A stretch of 32,000 nucleotides of DNA from assembly GCF_000172995.2 (NCBI RefSeq), contig NC_014729.1, positions 1,410,001-1,442,000 of the forward strand, in the 5' to 3' direction. Made by a program: the position numbers and the translations under genes. The notes under the pieces were generated by a model. It searched no databases. It had not been told where the DNA came from and saw nothing but the letters and a program-made list of their open reading frames with translations. Source of the DNA: Halogeometricum borinquense DSM 11551. Lineage in GTDB: Archaea; Halobacteriota; Halobacteria; Halobacteriales; Haloferacaceae. Numbering within the stretch: the first letter of the stretch is position 1; every line of letters begins with the position of its first letter. Shown in pieces: positions 1-6,930 of the stretch.

Positions 1-125
1 CCGATTCGGGTACAGCGCGTGTACGTAGCCATGCTCCGACTAACGGACGACGCGAAGAAAAGTCCGCGGGCGGTCGGTTCGAAGGCCTGCCCGTCGGGAC
101 CGACTGTCTTTCTGCGCCGCCCGGT

Positions 126-3100
126 TCAGAGCGTGAACCGGGTGACGTTCGTCCCGGCGGCGGTCAGGTCGGCATCTGTCGCCGCGGCCACGGTCACTTG
201 GTTCTCGCCGTGTTCGATTCCGAGAACGGCCTCGAACGTCCCACCTTCGGGTTCGACCATCGTCGTCTCACTCGGCGTCTTCACCGCGATGACGGCGGCG
301 TTCGTCTGGCCGTTGACGATGAGGTTGTCGCCCATAAAGCGCGTACTCACCTGCAGTTTCGGTCGGTCCGGCCGGTCTGAGTCAACGTAGCGTTCGCGGA
401 CGAATGCAGGCGTTTCGACGGGGTCGCCCGCATCAACGCCGTGTGCAAGGCGGACGAACTGCGCCATCGACCACGCCAGCGGTGTCGCCGCTCCAGTTCC
501 CTCGCCGAACTCCCAGTTATACGCCGTGCTGTGTTCGCGGTCCCACACCTGCTCTGCGAGCATCCGACCGGAGTTTGCGAATCCGGCCATCGTTTCGAGG
601 AGGTTTTCGGGGGCGAGTGGGCCTTCCTCGGTGCCGTTCAGTAGTTCGAACTCGCCGCGTTCGCCGGTGAAGATGGGCCAGAGACGACCCTTGCCCTTCG
701 ATTCGATGGACCACGGTGCGCCCTCTTCGTCGCGTTCGCGTTCGCCGTAGCCGTCGCCGTTGTAGCGGTAGAACGCCGGTCCGTACGGCGTATCGACGCG
801 GATTGTACTGTCCACCTCGGTGACGGAGTTCTGGATCACTTCGTCGTCGGCGGGCTTGATACCGAGTCTGACGAGTTCGAGGAAACCCCCATCGATGATC
901 TCACGCTCGTCTAACGTCGGCCCGTTGTTCGCCAGCGTCCGGAGATGTCCGGCGTCCGGGTCGCCACCACGGGTGATGCGGACGTAGTAGGGAACGGTGT
1001 CGTGTCGCTCCGTCCCCGTTCGTGTCGCCGTCCACGACTCCACGTTGTCCGTCCAGTCGTCAGCGAGTGCCAGCCAGATGAGGGCGTCGGCGTCGTGCCC
1101 CTCATCGATAGCTATCGCGGCGGCGGAGGCCAGCCCTGCGATTTCGGCGGCGATGGAGGAGGGCGAGTAGCCCGCTTCCTCCTCCCAGCGTTCTTGGGCC
1201 GTCGGTGGCCCGTTGCGAGCCACGTAGTCCGCAGAGCGCTTGACGTTCACGTAGTCGTAGCCAACGTCGTCGAACGTGACGCCTCGCTCGGCGAGCATGT
1301 ACGCCATGACGGCGGGGAACGAGATGTTGTCCATCTGCTCGCCGCCCCAGCGGGTTCGTCCGTTGAGGTAGGTGTTCTGTGGGATGAAGCCGCGTCTGTC
1401 CTGCTGGTACTCGTAGATGTATTCGAGAGCGTCGGCGGCGGTCTCCACGTCGCCGACGGCCTCGAACACCGTGAACACCTGATACAGGTCGCGCGACCAG
1501 ACGAAGTTGTAACCGTATCCTTTCGGTTCGTCGGAGGTGACCGCCTCACCCCACGGCACCGACGGCGAGGCGATTCCCGCGCCGAGGAACGTCTTATCTT
1601 CGACGGCGCGCAGTGCCATCAGGCAGGCGCGGTACTGGTTCGCTAGCGTTTCATCGTCCGCCACCGATGCCGGGAGTTCCTTGTCTGCGAGGAACTCCGC
1701 CCACGAGTCGGCGTAACTCGTCCGGACCGTCTCGTATCCGCGTGTCAACGCGCCCGCGGCCTCACCGAGCGCGGCCGCGGTGTCTGCGTGTTCTGCAAAG
1801 CCGAGCGCAATCGTCTCTCCGAGATTCGTCCCGCTTCCGATGCGGCCGACCAGAACGACGTTCTCGTTGTCCACGCTTTCCTGTGCGTTCGGTAGCTCTC
1901 CTTCGGAGAACAGTTCCGAGAGGTGGTCAGATCCGGCGACGCCGACCGTTCCCCAGTCGAACCGCCCGGCAGCGGTCATGGCGATGGCGACGCTGTATTC
2001 GTTGCCCTCCCGGTCGATGAGGAGCGGTCGGGTTTTCCCCTGTTGATCGTACGGCCCGGCGTCGCGGGCGACGAGGTGGTAACTCCCCATCTGGCCGAGA
2101 CGCAACCCGCGGTCCTCTCCGCCCGTGTTCACGAGGGCGGTGTCGGCGACGGCGAACAGATCGTACTCGTTGTCGTCCGTGGCTTCGAACGAAATGTCCG
2201 CCAGCAACGCGTCGTGTTCCGGATCCGTCGCGTACTCGACAGTGAGCGTCCACTCGTGGCCGCGTCCGTCACCGGACTCTGTGATGACGTGTCTGAACAG
2301 GAGTGCGTCGTCTTCGGCCATTTCCGCGCGGCGCTCGATGGTGTCGGCGGCGTCGTCGCGGCGCGTCTCGTTGTGCGTCCGTGCCGTGTACGACGACTCG
2401 GGGTCGGCGTCAACGACCAGCATATCCAGCGTCCGCAGGTTCATCAGGTCAACCCGCGGGAAGCGAACTTCGGTCAATGAGCCCTCAGTGAGCGTGAACC
2501 AGACGCGCGAGGGGTCGTCTTCAGTGTGATCTGCGACGGTTCCGACGCCGTACTTTTCGCCGGTGGTCCATCGCGGACGGCTTTCCGGCCCCGACGGCGC
2601 GGGTTTCGGTGCAGGAAGCGCGTCGTACTCCGAGAGGAGGGACGTGGCGTGGAGGCGCATCGCGTGGGACCATCCGAGCGGTGCAGCGCTGTCCGTCGTT
2701 CCGTCGTCGAACACCTGTTCGCTCAGATACCCACCAGCGGTGGTGAACGGGCCGTTGGGTCGGAGCAGGTCGTACAGTTCAGTCGCTCGTTCGAGGAACA
2801 GATCCGCTTTCTTCTGTCGGCCGTACTCGTCTAAGAGGACAGCGAACGTCGCGGCGGCGTTCGCACCCCACGCCGTCGAGAGCGACCAGACCTTTTCGCC
2901 GCTCTGTTCGGCGCTTCGCCAGTGATCGTCCTCGAACCGAACGAGGCCGGACACCGAATCCGTCTGGCGGTAGAGATCCGACAGCGCCGTCTCCATGTGT
3001 GATTCCAACTGGTCGAGTTCCGTCTCGGGAAGGCCCTCGAGTTCGTCGTAGGCGACGAACGCATCGACGAGCGAGAACGTAGCCGAGTCGAGACGTGAGT

Positions 3101-4655
3101 CCAGCGTGTCGCCTTGCAACCGAAGCGCGTAGACCTCGTACTCGTCGTCCCACAACTGGTCGATACCCTCGAACACCGTCGTCGCTTGCGCTGCGGCGTG
3201 GTCGGCTACATCGTCGGAAACCGGCGCTTGCGCGACGGTCGCGTACGCCTGTAGGAACGTCGCGGCGGTATGCGTAAACCGGCCGATCATATTCTCCCAC
3301 GCGTTCTGGCACCGCTCCGGAAGTCCGTCGTCTTCGAGCGTCTCGTCCAGACACTCGATGCCGCGTTCGATGGCGTCTCGAACGTCTCCGACAAGTTCCG
3401 GATCCAACTCGGTCCGACGTTCCAGAATGCGTGCGAGGAACGTGACCACGCTTGCCGTCTGATCGGCTTGGTACTCGGGCTTTGACGAGTTTTCGACGCG
3501 GGCGTGCGCCCATCCGGGAGCGAGCGAGCCATCGACGGCCCACGCGCGGTGGGGCCACGATCCGTCGTCTAACTGGCTCTCACAGAAGAATCGTGCGCTC
3601 GTCGCCAGTCGGTCAGTGAGTTCGAGATCCAACCGGTCGTCGGAGGCGAGTAGATACCGCGACACCTCGGCCTCGTCACGGAACCACGTGTAGCCGTAGC
3701 CGCCGGAGTGGGTGTAGAAGGGGTCGAACTCCGGCCCGGCGATGTGTGCGCCCGTCGGTGCGGTCAGAAGCGAGAGTGCGCGAAGGTCCGAGCGAACGAG
3801 GTCCTGTCGGGGGACGTGTTCTGGGACGTACACCTCGGCGCGTTCGCGCGCCGCCGCCCGGATGCTGTCGGCGGAGGCATGTTCGAGTGCGCAGTGTGTG
3901 AGGTCTGACAGCGCCTCCTCGCGGGTGAGCGTCCCATGGTCGGACAACTGCGTAACGAGCGTCGTCCGCGCGGCGCGGCCATCGGGTTCGAGCGGGGCCG
4001 AGACGACGATATCGCCGCTCAGATGCGTGTCTTCGTAGCGGTCGAGAACCGCCTCGCGCGGGAACTCGAACGCATCTTCCGAGAGTATCTCGTCGAAGCG
4101 CTCGGGAATCTGCCCTCGAACGTCGTCGAGACCGGTCGAAGCCGTGACGTAATCGTGTTCGTTTCGGTGGAACACTTCGACGGCTTGTGTTCCGTTCGGA
4201 CCGCCGTTTTCGTGGATGAGACGGCCGACACGCGTCTCGCGTCCTTCCGGCGCAAGCGTCAGAAACGCCGTCAGGTGCGCGCCAGTCGGAATCGCACCGC
4301 GGAGTTCGACGTGAGTGACGTGCGCCCGTCCGAGCGTGAGGTCGTACTGGTGGACGGTGTACTCGCCCGCGTCGTACTCCGTCTCTACGAGGCTCGTTTC
4401 GCGGTAGTAGTGCTGCCGAACCGTATCGAGCGTGTCAAACCACCGTATCTCCCCGTTCGCCTCGATGGCGAATCGGGACCGGTCGATACCGTACAGCCCC
4501 GAGAGTGCAGACGAGTGGTCGCGGAGTGACCCGGTCGGCCCGACGTAAACCAACCGGTCCCCGTGACCGGAGAACGCGCCGTCTCCTGTCGGAGATTCCT
4601 CCGGAAAGCGCCCGTTGTCGCGCTTATATTCGTTCAGCGCGGTCCGTAATCTCAT
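126..4655 (-). CDS. Tandem glycoside hydrolase family 15 protein (~1509 aa, no signal peptide): a trehalase/glucoamylase-like module fused to a glucoamylase/glucodextranase-like module, plus a C-terminal beta-sandwich
   Basis: The ORF runs 126..4751(-), but its first 32 codons lie in an AT-rich promoter-like stretch, so I prefer the ATG at 4655 (MRLRTALNEYK). Module 1 (~nt 2620-4655) has YGYTWFRDEAE, NAWENMIGRF and YLSEQVFDDG. Module 2 (~nt 126-2570) opens with a glucodextranase-type N-domain (VWFTLTEGSLTEVRFPRVD) and has YGYNFVWSRDLYQ, QERWEEEAGYS and MLAEQVWDRE. A Pro-rich linker (ALPAPKPAPSGPES) joins them. Composition is acidic. Confidence 0.85.
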   Translation of the reverse strand: MRLRTALNEYKRDNGRFPEESPTGDGAFSGHGDRLVYVGPTGSLRDHSSALSGLYGIDRSRFAIEANGEIRWFDTLDTVRQHYYRETSLVETEYDAGEYTVHQYDLTLGRAHVTHVELRGAIPTGAHLTAFLTLAPEGRETRVGRLIHENGGPNGTQAVEVFHRNEHDYVTASTGLDDVRGQIPERFDEILSEDAFEFPREAVLDRYEDTHLSGDIVVSAPLEPDGRAARTTLVTQLSDHGTLTREEALSDLTHCALEHASADSIRAAARERAEVYVPEHVPRQDLVRSDLRALSLLTAPTGAHIAGPEFDPFYTHSGGYGYTWFRDEAEVSRYLLASDDRLDLELTDRLATSARFFCESQLDDGSWPHRAWAVDGSLAPGWAHARVENSSKPEYQADQTASVVTFLARILERRTELDPELVGDVRDAIERGIECLDETLEDDGLPERCQNAWENMIGRFTHTAATFLQAYATVAQAPVSDDVADHAAAQATTVFEGIDQLWDDEYEVYALRLQGDTLDSRLDSATFSLVDAFVAYDELEGLPETELDQLESHMETALSDLYRQTDSVSGLVRFEDDHWRSAEQSGEKVWSLSTAWGANAAATFAVLLDEYGRQKKADLFLERATELYDLLRPNGPFTTAGGYLSEQVFDDGTTDSAAPLGWSHAMRLHATSLLSEYDALPAPKPAPSGPESRPRWTTGEKYGVGTVADHTEDDPSRVWFTLTEGSLTEVRFPRVDLMNLRTLDMLVVDADPESSYTARTHNETRRDDAADTIERRAEMAEDDALLFRHVITESGDGRGHEWTLTVEYATDPEHDALLADISFEATDDNEYDLFAVADTALVNTGGEDRGLRLGQMGSYHLVARDAGPYDQQGKTRPLLIDREGNEYSVAIAMTAAGRFDWGTVGVAGSDHLSELFSEGELPNAQESVDNENVVLVGRIGSGTNLGETIALGFAEHADTAAALGEAAGALTRGYETVRTSYADSWAEFLADKELPASVADDETLANQYRACLMALRAVEDKTFLGAGIASPSVPWGEAVTSDEPKGYGYNFVWSRDLYQVFTVFEAVGDVETAADALEYIYEYQQDRRGFIPQNTYLNGRTRWGGEQMDNISFPAVMAYMLAERGVTFDDVGYDYVNVKRSADYVARNGPPTAQERWEEEAGYSPSSIAAEIAGLASAAAIAIDEGHDADALIWLALADDWTDNVESWTATRTGTERHDTVPYYVRITRGGDPDAGHLRTLANNGPTLDEREIIDGGFLELVRLGIKPADDEVIQNSVTEVDSTIRVDTPYGPAFYRYNGDGYGERERDEEGAPWSIESKGKGRLWPIFTGERGEFELLNGTEEGPLAPENLLETMAGFANSGRMLAEQVWDREHSTAYNWEFGEGTGAATPLAWSMAQFVRLAHGVDAGDPVETPAFVRERYVDSDRPDRPKLQVSTRFMGDNLIVNGQTNAAVIAVKTPSETTMVEPEGGTFEAVLGIEHGENQVTVAAATDADLTAAGTNVTRFTL

Positions 4656-4680
4656 ATACCAACCGGATGTGCGTCTGGAG

Positions 4681-4690
4681 CATAAGTATT
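4681..4690 (-). promoter_or_regulatory. TATA-like box for the GH15 gene
   Basis: The minus strand reads AATACTTATG, centred about 30 nt upstream of the ATG at 4655, inside the only AT-rich stretch of the divergent intergenic region. This fits a short-leader or leaderless haloarchaeal promoter. Confidence 0.3.
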
Positions 4691-4888
4691 GGCTGGCTTT
4701 GCCTAATTTTGTATACATTTCACTCGTCGTGAATCGGCTCCGAGGCCACATTTCGATGGTCTCCGTGATGGTCTGTCGTGCAGTCAGACACGGAACCGAC
4801 TAGAGACACGCCAATAGTTGAGAAAACTGGACAGACAGAAACGAGGGCGAGGGCAAAGGCAAAGTCCCGAGAGGTGTTTTCCCCTAGC

Positions 4889-5587
4889 ATGCACCATCCC
4901 GGCCCACCGAAATTCATGGCTGTCGGTGAGACAGTTCAATTGGCCCCGCGCGATCCGGATCCAGACGTATCGTACAGTTGGTATCTGAAAAGCTCCCCAG
5001 TTGGAAGCCAACTCGAACTGCCTCGAGACGAGAGTGTTATTTCCTTCTCTCCGGACGCCTCTGGGACGTACGTTCTTGAACTCGATGCACCCGACGATAC
5101 GCACCGACTCACGGTTCGCGTTTTCTCCGGCGAACTCGCACCCGTCGGTGCAGGAGCAGGCTCCAGCGGTATGAGTGGCATGAGCGGATTCCAGAGCGGC
5201 TCAGCACGCCCTCCCGAACAGAGCGGCGGCGTCTCGGGTTCGGGTTCCGGTGCGGGTTCTGGCGGCGGAGCGGGCGGTGGTCGCCCGCGCGTCCAACTCA
5301 ACGGAACTATCGAGGACGATACGCTCGTGGTTCGCGCGAACCCGCAACCGCATCCTGACAGCGACACCGACCGTGATGACATCGTCGTCGAGTTCATCGT
5401 AGACGACCGCGACAACGTGCCCCGCTCGGCTGTCGAAGTAGACGGCTGGGAACTCCGGATCCCCCTTTCGGAAGTCGGCGACCGCGTTCGCGTCCATGGT
5501 GTCGCTCTCGCAGACGCCTACAGCGTTCCCGACACGGTCGATTTCCAGCGCGAACCGATAGCTGATGACGGTGACACAGATGTCTGA
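4889..5587 (+). CDS. Hypothetical acidic protein: two beta-sandwich (Ig/PKD-like) halves joined by a Gly/Ser-rich linker
   Basis: The track ORF 4778..5587 starts at a GTG. Codons 1-37 are purine-rich with poor third-position GC, so ATG 4889 (MHHPGPPKF) or ATG 4916 (MAVGETVQL) is more likely. The linker is GAGAGSSGMSGMSGFQSGS...GSGSGAGSGGGAGGG. There is no signal peptide. The stop overlaps a candidate amylase start (ATGTCTGA at 5580-5587). I recognise no family. Confidence 0.55.
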   Translation: MHHPGPPKFMAVGETVQLAPRDPDPDVSYSWYLKSSPVGSQLELPRDESVISFSPDASGTYVLELDAPDDTHRLTVRVFSGELAPVGAGAGSSGMSGMSGFQSGSARPPEQSGGVSGSGSGAGSGGGAGGGRPRVQLNGTIEDDTLVVRANPQPHPDSDTDRDDIVVEFIVDDRDNVPRSAVEVDGWELRIPLSEVGDRVRVHGVALADAYSVPDTVDFQREPIADDGDTDV

Positions 5588-6899
5588 GGGCCGGGAGCCG
5601 GAGCGCATTAGTGATACCACTGGTGAGGAGACCGTCCGCGTCGGCCGTCCGAACGACCCGCCGGAGTGGTCGAAAGACGTGACGCTCTATGAGATATACG
5701 TCCGCGGCTTCACCGACGACGAGGAACACGAGTCGGTGTTTGCGGCGTTCGAAGAGCGCCTCGACTATCTCGAAAAGCTCGGCGTCGATTGCCTGTGGCT
5801 CACGCCGGTTCTCGAAAACGACCACGCCCCGCACGGCTACAACATCACCGACTTCTACAGCATCGCCGAGGATTTGGGCACGCGTGAGGAGTACGAGGCG
5901 TTTGTCGAGGCCGCACACGACCACGGGATGAAGGTGCTTTTCGACCTCGTGTTGAATCACTCCGCGCGAGCGCATCCGTTCTTTCAGGACGCGTATCAAA
6001 ACCCGGATTCGGAGTACTACGACTGGTACGAGTGGCAAGAAGACGGCGAACCGGGCACGTATTTCGGCTGGGAGTACATCGCCAACTTCAACTACGAAAA
6101 CCTAGACGTTCGTCGCCATCTCCTCGATGCCGTCGATATGTGGGCCGAACTCGTGGACGGGTTTCGATGCGATATGGCGTGGGCCGTCCCGAACACGTTC
6201 TGGCAGGAACTCCACGACCGGGTGAAAGACAAAGACCCCGAGTTCCTTCTGCTTGATGAGACCATCCCGTACATCGCGGATTTCCACAACGGGATGTTCG
6301 ACATGCACTTCGACACGACGCTGTACTTCACGATGCGGCAGGTGGGCGACGGCAACATGCCTGCGGATGCCATCCTCGACGCCGTAGACCAACGCGCCGA
6401 AGTTGGCTTCCCACCGCACGCGTCGTTCATGCTCTACATCGAGAACCACGACGAGACGCGATACATCGTCGAGTGCGGCGACGACGCCGCGATGGCCGCC
6501 GCGGGCGCGCTGTTCACGCTGCCGGGCGTCCCGATGCTGTACGGTGGACAGGAACTCGGACAACGGGGTCGCCGTGATGCCATCGCGTGGGACCACGCCC
6601 GCGAGGAGATACGCGACCACTACCAACGTCTCATCGACCTCCGGAACGAGACGCCCGCACTCGGCTTCGACGGCGACTACCGACGCATCGACTACGAGGC
6701 CGACACGGACCGCGCTGTCGCGTTCCGCCGCGAACTCGACGGCGACGCCTACGTCTGCATCCTCAACTTCGGCGAGGAGTCAGCGACGGTAACACTGGAC
6801 GATCACAGCGTCGATTCAACGAACCTCGTCACCGGCGACGACACGGCCACCGCTGACGGGCTGGAAGTAGACCACGTCGCGGTCCTCCCCGTCAACTGA
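5565..6899 (+). CDS. Cytoplasmic GH13 alpha-amylase family enzyme
   Basis: GH13 conserved regions are present: LGVDCLWLTPV, GYNITDFY, KVLFDLVLNHSA (region I), GFRCDMAW (region II), FLLLDET (region III), YIENHDETR (region IV). No Sec/Tat signal. An alternative start at ATG 5580 overlaps the upstream stop. Confidence 0.9.
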   Translation: MTVTQMSEGREPERISDTTGEETVRVGRPNDPPEWSKDVTLYEIYVRGFTDDEEHESVFAAFEERLDYLEKLGVDCLWLTPVLENDHAPHGYNITDFYSIAEDLGTREEYEAFVEAAHDHGMKVLFDLVLNHSARAHPFFQDAYQNPDSEYYDWYEWQEDGEPGTYFGWEYIANFNYENLDVRRHLLDAVDMWAELVDGFRCDMAWAVPNTFWQELHDRVKDKDPEFLLLDETIPYIADFHNGMFDMHFDTTLYFTMRQVGDGNMPADAILDAVDQRAEVGFPPHASFMLYIENHDETRYIVECGDDAAMAAAGALFTLPGVPMLYGGQELGQRGRRDAIAWDHAREEIRDHYQRLIDLRNETPALGFDGDYRRIDYEADTDRAVAFRRELDGDAYVCILNFGEESATVTLDDHSVDSTNLVTGDDTATADGLEVDHVAVLPVN

Positions 6900-6930
6900 A
6901 CCCAACCAACTGACTCCTCCTCGCTTTCAC

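Noticed and set aside
1-125. Possible start of a minus-strand gene at position 32 (ATG GCT ACG TAC ..., MATYTRCTRI...) with a T-rich TTTTCTT element (minus strand, about 53-59) that could be its TATA box or the GH15 terminator
   Set aside because: Only about 10 codons lie inside the window, too little to call a gene. The T-run cannot be assigned to either role from sequence alone.
4656-4751. N-terminal 32-codon extension of the GH15 ORF (MWPRSRFTTSEMYTKLGKASQYLCSRRTSGWY)
   Set aside because: It lies in the AT-rich divergent promoter region and has a basic, Cys-containing composition unlike the rest of the protein. The ATG at 4655 with a TATA-like box about 30 nt upstream fits better.
4755-4779. 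Short tandem repeat GATGGTCTCCGT / GATGGTCTGTCGT and the TGTATACA palindrome (4710-4717) in the GH15 divergent intergenic region; also a GAATCGG at 4730-4736 resembling the box upstream of the GT75 and ABC genes
   Set aside because: These are short enough to arise by chance, and no TTTAGG-N4-CCTAAA palindrome accompanies the GAATCGG here. I note them as possible regulatory elements but they are not strong enough to call.
4778-4888. GTG-initiated 5' extension of the unknown ORF (MQSDTEPTRDTPIVEKTGQTETRARAKAKSREVFSPS)
   Set aside because: It is a purine-rich low-complexity stretch (GACAGACAGAAACGAGGGCGAGGGCAAAGGCAAAG) with roughly half A/T at third positions, which looks like untranslated leader. 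It remains possible, but I cannot support it.
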